Origin: Gammaproteobacteria bacterium
GTDB taxonomy: Bacteria > Pseudomonadota > Gammaproteobacteria > JBCCGL01
NCBI GenBank assembly: GCA_965277715.1
Contig: OZ255836.1
Span: 2,304,001-2,368,000 of the forward strand
Direction: 5' to 3'
DNA: 64,000 nt
Shown here: one piece after another, positions 32,568 through 42,714 of the stretch
Layout of the letters: every line of letters begins with the position of its first letter
Position numbering within the stretch: position 1 is the first letter of the stretch
Notes under the pieces: model-generated
What the model saw: only the letters and a program-made list of their open reading frames with translations
Told to the model about the DNA's origin: nothing
Database searches by the model: none
Position numbers and translations under genes: made by a program

Positions 32568-32847
32568 AACACCGGTTGACCAAACTCAAGCATTATAAGA
32601 TTTTCATTATTGAAGACGTTAAGCAGTCTATTGCCCATCGACAAACCAGGATAATCAGTATCTCTCATCCTTGTAGTCATATTATAGGCAAAGGATAGTT
32701 TACTCTACTGGGCTCTGGACCTATATCAATAATAATAAAACCCTGATCCATCTTCTCCACTACAAACTGGGTGTTTTCAGTTATTGCGCAAGTTAACGGG
32801 ACAGCAGGGAAAGTATATGTAAAGTTGGCCTGAGTCGTTACATTTTG

Positions 32848-33393
32848 TTAGTCAATTTCCGAAGAACCCCCTTTATACTCCTCGGTTGCTAGACCCCATT
32901 TATTCGAGCTATTAAAATTTAAATTTTGTAGCTCCTTGGAAATATTGTAACACTCATTGTATTCAACCTCCCTCTCACTTAGTTTTTTCCAGCATTTAGC
33001 AATAAAAGCATTCGCCTCTACGACTTCAAAGTCACCAAGCCTATACACCTCTTCAAGCATGTATATTGAAAGAACATCATCTTTTGATGCCAAAAAATTT
33101 AATATCCCCAATATTTTTATTTCACGTTTATGCAAATTTTCTCCTAATAAATTTTTTTTATCATAAGCCAATATCAATGCCAACCAACCAAGGGACTGGT
33201 TGTGCCCTGCCATTGCACACGGAAGAAGTGCTTTATACATTTTTTCATAATTTCCTTGATCAAAAAAATTTTTAATCTCCTTATCATATATTATATTTCC
33301 ACAAGAACTCTCTAGCTTTTTGTAACTAGAATAACTAGGCGAAAAAAATAAAACTTGCAGTACAAATAAAAACGATATCAAAAAAGATTTCAC
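32848..33393 (-). CDS. Exported putative immunity protein (Sel1-like helical)
   Basis: Signal peptide; LLPCAMAGH; directly downstream of the HExxH tip; AT-rich. Confidence 0.55.
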   Translation of the reverse strand: MKSFLISFLFVLQVLFFSPSYSSYKKLESSCGNIIYDKEIKNFFDQGNYEKMYKALLPCAMAGHNQSLGWLALILAYDKKNLLGENLHKREIKILGILNFLASKDDVLSIYMLEEVYRLGDFEVVEANAFIAKCWKKLSEREVEYNECYNISKELQNLNFNSSNKWGLATEEYKGGSSEID

Positions 33394-33471
33394 ACTCCGA
33401 CTCCGTTAAAATGGGATTACTACATCATATTAGATCATGGTATGGTTATTGATTTTATACCTCAAATTGTG

Positions 33472-34786
33472 GGTTCTTCCCCGATTATTGTGAAGCCACT
33501 GGTTCCATATCCAGCTTTCCGCAGTAAAACAAAATACTCCGCCGGTAACTTTCAAACGAACGAAACCCTTTTGCATTCGATTTGACCGTCTGAATTTTTG
33601 AATTCAAACCCTCTGACACGGCATTACTTATTGTGTGCTTAAACCATGTCAATATGTTCGGCATGTGCGTTTTTATCATCTTGGCCACTTTCTTTATGCT
33701 GTCTCGGCACCGAATTGCCCACGCATACCATGCGCTAAAGAAACGCTTTGCCCAACCCGCTGTCTTATACGTCCAAAAATCACGAAACAGTTCTTTTATC
33801 GCCCAGGCTCGGGCTGTCAATAACTGATCATGCTTGAGTGACTCAAAGTGCTCGGCTGCTTTGTTAGACAAATTTTCTTCATTTTTTAACCAGTGATAAC
33901 GACTCTTTTTCAATCGAGTATCACCCTGTGACAAAAGGTCTCTATGTTCGTCACGACGGACCTGATCCACCGCCTTATTCAGGTGTTGGCTAATATGAAA
34001 ACGGTCGTGAACAATCGCACTGTCTGACAGTTTTACCTCAACGGCATTAATGAACGCAGGCCACCTATCAATAGCGACAGCTTTCACCTGTTCTCGCTGG
34101 TTATCCGTCAGCGCAACCTCCAACGCCTCCTCACAAGCTGCCTGGGTGCGATCTTTCACTACATCCAATACTCGCCCTCCATCGATATCATTGATGAGCG
34201 TCACATAGTCATGCCCTTTACGGTGGGACTTCTCATCAATACCCAGGTACTCAATTGTCACCAATTCCCGACGCGAAAGTCCCCGTTCGACAGCGCGGGC
34301 TTTGATGGCTTCCACTGCGTTCCAGCTAAGCCCCAGTAACTTACGCGCCTCTTCGACGCTACGTGAGGCTTGCAACACCCTGATGGAAAATAATTCAAAC
34401 AACAACGTAAAACGACTGCTCTTGCTTGCCCAGGGTAACACCATACTTTTAACACCATGCTCCAGACAATTTACTCGGGGAATGCGACTGTGTAGGCGCG
34501 TTTCAAACTGCATAATATCCAGGTGTCTCCAGGATCGCTCTTGTGAACGGTGATCATAGAACGGACTCACTTCTCCACAGTGCGAGCAAGGGCCGTGGTT
34601 GCCGCTAAACGCCAACGAAATGGATACTTTTAACCCTGAAGGGTCTAAATCAACTGATGTCACTGACCAGTCATCTGTCAGGCATAGGAGCTGGCTGTAG
34701 TGTTCTTCAAGGCTCGATAGCACCGGAGTCTCTCAATAGCAAAGGAGGATGAAATACTATAACCTCACACAAACCGGGGAAGAACC
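33472..34786 (-). mobile_element. ISL3-family IS with 8-bp target site duplication AAATTGTG
   Basis: Ends GGTTCTTCCCC / GGGGAAGAACC; TSD at 33464-33471 and 34787-34794. Confidence 0.95.
33485..34723 (-). CDS. ISL3 transposase
   Basis: Zn finger CSHC, LGIDE, DRFH, SNAVSEGLNSKIQ. Confidence 0.95.
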   Translation of the reverse strand: MLSSLEEHYSQLLCLTDDWSVTSVDLDPSGLKVSISLAFSGNHGPCSHCGEVSPFYDHRSQERSWRHLDIMQFETRLHSRIPRVNCLEHGVKSMVLPWASKSSRFTLLFELFSIRVLQASRSVEEARKLLGLSWNAVEAIKARAVERGLSRRELVTIEYLGIDEKSHRKGHDYVTLINDIDGGRVLDVVKDRTQAACEEALEVALTDNQREQVKAVAIDRWPAFINAVEVKLSDSAIVHDRFHISQHLNKAVDQVRRDEHRDLLSQGDTRLKKSRYHWLKNEENLSNKAAEHFESLKHDQLLTARAWAIKELFRDFWTYKTAGWAKRFFSAWYAWAIRCRDSIKKVAKMIKTHMPNILTWFKHTISNAVSEGLNSKIQTVKSNAKGFRSFESYRRSILFYCGKLDMEPVASQ

Positions 34787-35122
34787 AAATTGTGTCTCAG
34801 TAAATAGTAATCCTCTACAGTTTGACCCTGTTGCTCCAATCCATACTCTCCAAAAGACTTCCCAGGAATCAAGGTATACTCATAGTTTCTATCAAAAATA
34901 AAACTCAACAAGCTATATGCCTCAGTTTGACTTTGATACACATGTGTCAATTCATGCATAAACACAGCTTTAGTCGCATGATCAGCAGTTGAAAAATCAC
35001 TCATACATGAGCCGTCTGGATAATATATATTTCCACTGGAGGAAACATGAGGACGAGAAGTCGGGGAAAATGCTCCGTCAATTACTTTTATTCTTTCATA
35101 GTTAATTTTTTCCTTTTAATAA

Positions 35123-35327
35123 ATGACATCATAAAAGGCAACCTGCGAGAGTATCGTGGTCAGCCGAGGTTATCGTGCGGGTATGATATAGATAGGTAGA
35201 ATGCCAGATTTTAACATAGTAAAAATATTTTTTGTTATGATCAGAATGTGGCAAAAATGTCAGAAAACTGAAAAATATTATGATCGATAATTTGGGAATT
35301 TATACGATCAGAAAATGGCACGCTACA
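35123..35327. repeat. 205-bp dispersed repeat (copies at 46757-46961 and partial 37801-37921)
   Basis: Shared GAGAGTATCGTGGTCAGCCGAGGTTATCGTG...AAAATGGCACGCTACA. Confidence 0.9.
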
Positions 35328-35328
35328 C

Positions 35329-35400
35329 CTCTCAATAGCAAAGGGGGATAGAATATTACATCCTCACACAAATCGGGGAAGAACCACCCTTCGAAGAGCC
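35329..35400. mobile_element. Solo ISL3 end fragments
   Basis: CTCAATAGCAAAGG...CACACAAATCGGGGAAGAACC matches 34732-34786, followed by a second ISL3-like end CGAAGAGCC. Confidence 0.7.
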
Positions 35401-35408
35401 ATTCTTTT

Positions 35409-36095
35409 CTATTCTTTACTTTTACAATCAGGCAAGATTTTCAGTATTTTTTGTCTATTTTTTTGCTTTGCTAAATCTCGTACAGTACGCCCATAATCAT
35501 CTCTGTGGCAGATATTTACACCTTTACTTTTTAACAACATAGTGACAAATTCATAGTGCCCCGACATAGAAGCTACCATTATAGGCGTGACACCATTCAC
35601 CACCGGCCTATCCAAATCAATTTTTAGCTCTATAGCTTTTTTTAATATATTTACATTACCTAAAAACGCGGCCTTATATACAACATTAGCTCCTGTGGAA
35701 TCTACGATATGTGGATTAGCTCCATAAGAAATTAGTAAATCAAAGCATTTATCTTCTCCATGAAACGCAGCACCTCCAATAGCTGTCATTCCTGTTTCTA
35801 CATCAGTAGCATCAATCTCAGCCCCAGCTTGAAGAAGGGTTCGCAACATATCTTCTGAGCAATACAGCTGATTATTTTGTACTATGTACTGAATAGCCGA
35901 AAAACCATCATAGGTAATATTTGGATCTGCTCCATGTTCTAATAATATTTTAACATTAGATAAATTATTTTCTAAAATAGAAGCAATTAAATCTGGAACA
36001 CCTACCAAGCCATCATCACTTGCCTGACATGCTGGCAAAAAACTGAAGAATAAGCATAAACTAATGAATATATTTTTTTTTATATTTGTTAACAT
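35409..36095 (-). CDS. Exported ankyrin-repeat protein, putative immunity protein
   Basis: Signal peptide, LLEHGADPN, GVTPIMVAS, GRTVRDLA. Confidence 0.85.
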   Translation of the reverse strand: MLTNIKKNIFISLCLFFSFLPACQASDDGLVGVPDLIASILENNLSNVKILLEHGADPNITYDGFSAIQYIVQNNQLYCSEDMLRTLLQAGAEIDATDVETGMTAIGGAAFHGEDKCFDLLISYGANPHIVDSTGANVVYKAAFLGNVNILKKAIELKIDLDRPVVNGVTPIMVASMSGHYEFVTMLLKSKGVNICHRDDYGRTVRDLAKQKNRQKILKILPDCKSKE

Positions 36096-36111
36096 ACCTT
36101 CAATTCCTCCA

Positions 36112-36848
36112 CTACTGCCATTGCCACTCTCTCCTTACAAATAAATTTCTTATTGCTTCTAAGTTAGGAGGTGATTCGCTTAAAAATTGGGTTATTTCTA
36201 TACGGTCATCAGGGATAACACACTGACCAACATTTTCACATAAATTCAAGTTCTGTCGAGTTTTAATCGCTAAAACGCCTTTAGCAACATCTGTATCTAA
36301 AGCCATAATACCTGTGTTAACGACTGGGCCGCCTACTTTTGCAGCGACATTCCCAATAGAACCTCCCGGCAATCCAAAAAAAGCTTTTAACCTCGTAATC
36401 CAGCTTGCACTTGCGCTTGGTGGTTCTTGATCCTCTAATAAGCTGTCACTATCATCTCGATTACTAGATTTCCCATTATTTTGTCCGCCTGCTTGATCAT
36501 TATAAACATAAACAAAAGCCGCCTGAATAGCCCCCTGCAAAAAATCCCCTCCAGCCGCCTTACTCGCCAAACCACCCAAAATAGATATACCCGCTATATT
36601 ATCCAGCGCTGTACCTTCTAAATAATGCCCCCCAACCTTCGCAACAAACCCACTGGCAAGCCCCGCCTGAAACTCCCCTCCCTGAATTTCACTAATCAAT
36701 CCCTGAAAAACTCCATGCGCCAACGCCTGCGAAAACCACGCATTTTCACCCTTAAAAATCCCACCATGGCCTATCTGGTCAGTAACCCCTCCACTCACAC
36801 CACCAATAATCCCTCCTTGAAACGCCGCGCCAAAATCACCACCACTGG
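36112..36848 (-). pseudogene. Orphan toxin cassette: Gly-rich linker plus unrecognised tip, 5' end cut by RAYT element
   Basis: SGGDFGAA...QAAFVYVYND arm shared with 45739-46094 and with the Rhs gene. Confidence 0.75.
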
Positions 36849-37800
36849 AGTTCCAGGGACAGGCATCAAATAATTGACAGATAGTTCCACTCTCTTTTAG
36901 GGTGGGATCCAACCAGCGTTAAAGGAACTGACCATGACCCGCCCTCGCAAAAACCAAATTTCACTATCAGACACCCCTTACTACCACATCGTATCGCGTT
37001 GTGTACGGCGCACCTTTCTATGCAGGCTAGACCCACTGACTCAACGTGATTATGAACACCCTCGCCAATGGATTGTCGACCGCATTCGACTGCTCTCGTC
37101 GCTCTTTGCCGTTGACCTTTGCGCCTACGCCATTATGAGCAATCACTACCACCTCACCATTAAACTCGATCCAGAGAAAATCGACACGTTAACTGATCAG
37201 GAAGTTATCGACCGCTGGTTAAGTCTGCACAAAGGCTCCTTGTTGATTCAAAAAATGCAGGCGGGGGAAACCCTCAGCAACGATGAATACCAGGCCATTC
37301 GATGTGCCATTAAAACCACTTCTACATTTCTCCGAAAACATTAACGCCACTTCTACCGGCATCCCGCTAGACTTTACTGAGTATCTAAATTTGGTTGACT
37401 GGACAGGAAGAGCTATTCGACAAAACAAGCGGGGTTACATGGCTCAAGACCTACCGTCAATATTGCAACGACTCAACATTAATAAGGAAATTTGGATAAA
37501 CAACACCCAGAACTTTGAATCACGTTATTGGAAAGCGTTAGCTCACAAGGTAATTACTGCTGATACCGGGTAGCCATTCAGCCGTTTCACTGTTTCAACT
37601 CTCTGGATCTTCTCAATCGATTCAAATCGGTTGCTTTCGTTTTACCTGAAAAAATATTTTTCATTAAAACAAGGTTCAATAACTGGATCATTACACCGAA
37701 TACACCCCTAAGTAAGTAAAAAACTCAGGTTTGACTATCCTGGGCGCTATTTCCAATTTCTCGGGATGTCCCTGCATATTTCTATATAGTGCCTGTCCTA
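36847..37800 (+). mobile_element. RAYT-like (HUH Y1) transposase element, internally deleted and frameshifted
   Basis: MTRPRK...YYHIVSRCVRR, AYAIMSNHYHL; C-terminal YLNLVDWTGR in another frame; inverted end motifs GGACAGGCA (36857) / TGCCTGTCC (37790). Confidence 0.85.
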
Positions 37801-37949
37801 TTTTTCAATGTGGTAAAAATAATTTTTGCTATGACCAGAGTGTGGCAAAAACGTCGGGAAAATGAAAAATATCATGACAGATAATTTGGGGATTTATACG
37901 ATCAGAAAATGGTACGCTACAACATATTTCTATATAGTGTCTGTCCTAT

Positions 37950-38100
37950 CTTTCTTGCAATCGCTTCAACAGCGATTGCTGACATCAGGCAAGCCAAAAA
38001 TGGTGATTATAGGGGTTACGATGAGAAAACTGGCGCATATTATTTACGGGGTATTAAAGAATCAGGTGCCTTTTAAGTCCGATTATGATCAAAAATTACT
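37950..38100 (+). pseudogene. IS110-family transposase 3' remnant
   Basis: QRLLTSGKPKMVIIGVTMRKLAHIIYGVLK. Confidence 0.7.
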
Positions 38101-38899
38101 TGCTTATTAATACGGTATCTGTTCTATCTTTTCTCAGAAATTGAATAACCTTTTTCATCCAATTAGTTAGCTCATTATTTGGATCCATCGTCTTTTCTCT
38201 GAATTCGATCATATCAACAAGATCTTTACCTAATTTATTTGAAATAGAATGATCCGCACCAAGTTTCAATAGCTTATAAACAACATCAAACTGCCCTAGG
38301 CCTGCTGCATATACCATAGGTGTTTCCCCTGAAGATCTCTGCGCATCTATATTTGCACCAAAACTCACTAAAATATCTAGATTATGCTTACCTTCTGGAG
38401 TAACCGCTTCAAATAACAGTGTATGCTTAAACTGCCCAAATACAAGATTTGGATTCCCTCCGTGTTTTAACATTTCAATTAAAAATCTACTATCATTACT
38501 ACTAATAGCCCACTCAAATAAACTTCCTCCGTCTCCATCCCTCTCATCCAAAATAATATTTGGATCCGCACCTAGTTCTAAAAGTTTTGTAAATCCCTTT
38601 ATATTTTTCATCGCCCAAAACAGTGGTGTAACCCCCACCCTTCCCCGTGAATTAACATCGACACCCAAATCAACCAACTCGTCTATCTTTCTAAGATTGC
38701 CCTCACCCGCAGCTTTAGCCAAAGCTCGCACTATTTTGTTTGGAAACATAGTATCAAGTGACATATAAGCTAAAACAGTGAGGTTTGCTTGCTGATTCGA
38801 CAGTTTCTCTGATGATTTCATTTTTTCAAATACACCACTTTCGTTATTGCAACCATATAAAAATAAAATAGTAAAAAATACTAATATTTTTTCCAACAT
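38096..38899 (-). CDS. Ankyrin-repeat lipoprotein, putative phospholipase immunity protein (PhlB-like)
   Basis: Lipobox LYGC; GVTPLFWA, GADPN, GETPMVYAA; follows the lipase tip. Confidence 0.85.
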   Translation of the reverse strand: MLEKILVFFTILFLYGCNNESGVFEKMKSSEKLSNQQANLTVLAYMSLDTMFPNKIVRALAKAAGEGNLRKIDELVDLGVDVNSRGRVGVTPLFWAMKNIKGFTKLLELGADPNIILDERDGDGGSLFEWAISSNDSRFLIEMLKHGGNPNLVFGQFKHTLLFEAVTPEGKHNLDILVSFGANIDAQRSSGETPMVYAAGLGQFDVVYKLLKLGADHSISNKLGKDLVDMIEFREKTMDPNNELTNWMKKVIQFLRKDRTDTVLISK

Positions 38900-39006
38900 A
38901 ATTAGCTCCCAATTTTTTGAGTTAATTAATATATATAAGGCAATCTAAAAGCATCAAAGTTAGCTTCTTAAAACTAATAGCTCATCAATTCAAAACTGAT
39001 AAAATA

Positions 39007-41027
39007 CTAACAACCTATGGCACCACAAATGCCTGACATAGTGTGAAGGCCAGCGAAACCGAGTGATATATGTTGATTACCGGGAACGCTTGCTGGTGTT
39101 AGCGCATTACCAAGCCTTAATATATCCAATGAACCATAATAATAGCGAACAGGAGCACCAGACAGTGACCCAGCATACCTAGCTACTGTATTTTCATGCA
39201 CGCCAGCCGCATTAAATACAATGGCAGGTCCGCCTGTTACAACAGATGCAGCTAATGCAATACCACCACCCAGTGAATGTCCTGTAAAAGAAACATTGCT
39301 GTATCTATTATAAACAGCAATAGCTACATTAATACCTCGTGTGTACTGTCCACTTTCAAACCCAAAAGCCTGTAGAAAGTTTGCTTTCCAATTTGCAAGC
39401 GATGTCGCATCTGTTTCAGAAAATGCAAGTATGTAATCATCCCCTTTAACAAATAAGGCAGCTTTAAATCCAATCGCCTCTCTATCAAATCTCTTCACAA
39501 CGCTATAACCATCTACACCACCAAAATTGGGGTCATACACTCCATCGGCTAATTTAGCTCTCGTAATATCTTTTGGAGAAATTTTACCTGCTGAAGAAGT
39601 ATAGCCATTTAAGAAAGAAATAGCCCCCTGAACTGCCCCTGATATAAAGCTTCCACCAGCCGCCTTGCTTAACAGTCCACGCAATATTATATTGTTATCC
39701 AGTCCGGTTGCCCGCAAATATTGCCCACCGACTCCTCCAATCAAATCATTCACAAACCCTCTTTTAAACTTCCCCCCCTGGGATTCCGCTATTAACCCTT
39801 GAAACAAACCACGCGCAATCGTATTTGAAAAAAACGCATCGACTCCAAATAGGCTACCACCGTTTATGGCAAAATTAACACCATTAGTGATTCCACCAAT
39901 AATACCCCCTTCAAAGGCTGCGCCAAAATCACCTCCACTGGCAAAATACCCATTAGCAAAACCAACGATGGCGCCATTAGCTACTGCTGCCGCTGCCGCT
40001 GCACTCGTTGCTGACACTCCTGCTCCAGCAAAAGAACTAGTGGTAAATACCGGATTCGCTATCAATAACGCAGTGGCCACAGCAAAGCTAACCGTCCGTA
40101 CTTGCGGGTCATCCGTAGTGGAACCAATGATATAGAACACTGCTGCAACAACCCATTCGACCCAATGCCCGCTGGGGTCATTATACTTCAACGGATTTCC
40201 CAACACATACATATAGCGGTTATACGCCATCCCCATACCCGGTTCAGGCACCACGCTGTCGGCACTGATAAACCGCCCAATGACCGGATCATACAGACGC
40301 GCATTCATATTAATTAAGCCAGTTTCCGCTACCGATTCGTGCCCGGTGTAACCACGTAGCTCGTGTCGTCTAAACGCCGGGCTTGGTTCGTTCGCACTCA
40401 GGTTTTCACCATACGGTACAAACTGATTGCGCATCACCACATTACCGTGGCTGTCGGTTACCGTATCGACGCTACCCAAGGCGTCACGGTGAATATAGGC
40501 CACCTTATCGGGCGTTTCGGTCGTGCCCACCAGCGTCTTCTCGTAGGTAGCCACGACCTGACCATCAACAAAAATATTGTGTCTGGCACGGTTTATCACC
40601 TCGCCGTTGGCATCCGTTTCGGTCACAAGCTCCAAACCGGGGGTGATGTAGTAGGTGGTCTGCCCATTAGCCTGACGCGATACGCGGTTTTGTTCGCTGT
40701 CGTAACGGTAATCGACCTGGTGGCCCGACTGGCTGACGCGTGCCACTTTGTTAAAACTGGTCCAGGTGTAACTTCTGCCGTCACCCGACTGCATATTGCC
40801 ATTGGCGTCGTAAAGATAGGTATGATTAGCTCCGGTTGGATCTACCCGACTTTGCAGACGATTGTTGGCCGCGTAACTCATCGAACCCGCGTCGCTCTTG
40901 TGGGTGATGTTGCCTCGGCTATCGTAGCTGTAGCTGCGCGCCAACTGCCGCTGTGGATCGCTATATTGCCAGCTTTGCAGGCGATCCAGGCTTATCGTAG
41001 CCGTAGTGCTCACTTACACCTGCCAGA
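39007..41027 (-). pseudogene. 5'-truncated Rhs/YD-repeat toxin with C-terminal PhlA-like lipase
   Basis: YD repeats, GYTGHE...MNARLYDP..GRF...NPLKYNDPSGH; tip TGHSLGGG, FNAAG; 1-bp shift at YGYD/SLDRL and cut by RAYT end at 41028. Confidence 0.9.
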
Positions 41028-41272
41028 GGAGTTCCAGGGACAGGCATCAAATAATTGACAGATAGTCCCATTCTCTTTTAGGATGGGATCCAACCAGCGT
41101 TAAAGGAACTGACCATGACCCGCCCTCGCAAAGATCAAATTTCACTATCAGATACCCCCTACTACCACATCGTATCGCATTGTGTACGGCGCACCTTTCT
41201 ATGCGGGCTAGACCCACTGACTCAACGTGATTATGAACACCCTCGCCAATGGATTGTCGACCGCATTCGACG
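41028..41272 (+). mobile_element. Second RAYT left end plus transposase 5' fragment
   Basis: Near-identical to 36847-37090. Confidence 0.85.
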
Positions 41273-41301
41273 GAAAGCAAGGGAGTCATATATGGACCCG
41301 C

Positions 41302-41579
41302 AGTTAAATTCAACAATTTTTTAATCGTTCATTCATTTTTTAGCGTTCAGAGCAGACACAGTAAATAAGGTTAGCAGTCATATATCCGGCTTCTCAATAG
41401 GACGGATTGTATTTGTTTATCCGTCCAGAGCCATAATGGGAACCGTGCTCAGACACCTCATCAAGCAATCGGTCTGTGAAGACCATGACCCCCTCCAGGT
41501 TCTGTCTGAGCCGGTTTAACCTGTTATACCCTTTACTGCTCTTTCGCTACCTCGTGGTAAGAAATCTTCAACGACGTTA
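41302..41579 (-). ncRNA. Putative seekRNA/bridge RNA of the IS1111 element
   Basis: Position 3' of the transposase; segments matching the donor junction and the target site (see findings). Confidence 0.65.
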
Positions 41580-42605
41580 TTAAGCTGTTTTATGCACGTA
41601 AGTTGTATTATTAGCCGCTACCGCCCAGCTAATTCTGGCGAGCTTATTGGCCAATGCCACCGCCGCCACACAATGGCCCCGACGTGCTTTGACACGACAG
41701 GCCCAACGACTTAGCCCATCATCGTGTTTAGGCATTCGACTTAATGCCGCTTGCGCCCCCTGTATCAACAAAGTGCGCACGTGTTCGTCCCCGCGTTTAC
41801 TGATACCTTTGAGTTGTGTTTTGCCCCCCGAACTATATTGACGAGGAACGAGACCCAAAAAGGCGGAAAACTCACGCCCATTTTTATAAAAACCCGGATC
41901 GCCCATTGCTGTAAACAAGGCAGTGGCGACCAGAGGCCCTACACCTGGCAGTGTTTTTAATTGCTGACAGCGCTCATGCTGGTTGCTCAACTGGGTTAAC
42001 CGTTTTGTGTAGTGTGTTACGCGTTTATCAATCTCCACTAGTTCATCATACAAAGCACTGAACACTTCACGTGCTGTGGCTGACAAGGCATTTTCAGCAT
42101 CCTCTAAAAGCGCAGGCAAGTGCTGGCGGACGTGGCGAATACCTACCGGAATAATCAGCCCATACTCACCCAGTAACCCTCTTATTTGATTACTTAAACT
42201 CGTCCGTTTTGACACTAACCGACTGCGCACCCGGTGGAGTAATTGGCTGTCTTGTTGGTCGGGTGTTTTGGGCTGAACAAATCGCATACTCGGACGTGAG
42301 GCTGCTTCACACAGGGCCTCTGCATCCGCTGCATCGTTCTTGTTTGTTTTAACGTAAGGGCGTACATAGGCTGGGTTAATGAGTTTGACGGTATGGCCGT
42401 AGCGTGTGAAAACCTGCGACCAATAACTGGACGTCGCACACGCTTCCATCACCACCTCACAGGCCGGTACATTGGCGATATAAGACGGTAGCTGATCGCG
42501 TTTAAGTTTTTTATTAAACACCACTTTACCGTGTTTATTAGCACCACACACTTGAAAAATAGTTTTGGCTAGATCAATACCCAATCGGGTGATATTCTCG
42601 TTCAT
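41580..42605 (-). CDS. IS110 transposase/recombinase
   Basis: GIDLAK, MEAC, KNDAADAEA (DEDD), GLVPRQYSSGG. Confidence 0.95.
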   Translation of the reverse strand: MNENITRLGIDLAKTIFQVCGANKHGKVVFNKKLKRDQLPSYIANVPACEVVMEACATSSYWSQVFTRYGHTVKLINPAYVRPYVKTNKNDAADAEALCEAASRPSMRFVQPKTPDQQDSQLLHRVRSRLVSKRTSLSNQIRGLLGEYGLIIPVGIRHVRQHLPALLEDAENALSATAREVFSALYDELVEIDKRVTHYTKRLTQLSNQHERCQQLKTLPGVGPLVATALFTAMGDPGFYKNGREFSAFLGLVPRQYSSGGKTQLKGISKRGDEHVRTLLIQGAQAALSRMPKHDDGLSRWACRVKARRGHCVAAVALANKLARISWAVAANNTTYVHKTA

Positions 42606-42714
42606 GGACTCGCTCCTACCTTTTATTAGGTGATAATAGATTGGTTGTGTTACCGCTCAATCTTGGCACATTGTGATGCCGATTCAAAGGGAGCGGGTCC
42701 ATCCCATCAGGCTT

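Larger units (their letters stand above)
33406..35115 (-). pseudogene. HExxH metallopeptidase toxin tip interrupted by ISL3
   Basis: INYERIKV...GNIYYP...DFS...FMHELTHVYQ...EQQGQTVEDYY; frame resumes beyond the IS target duplication. Confidence 0.65.
41289..42709 (-). mobile_element. IS110-family, IS1111-type element
   Basis: Sub-terminal IRs ATGGACCCGC (41292) / GCGGGTCCAT (42693); long 3' non-coding end; TCA core at both junctions. Confidence 0.88.

Noticed and set aside
36849-36912. ATG start for the orphan toxin ORF
   Set aside because: The start lies within the RAYT left end read backwards, so it is a chance fusion
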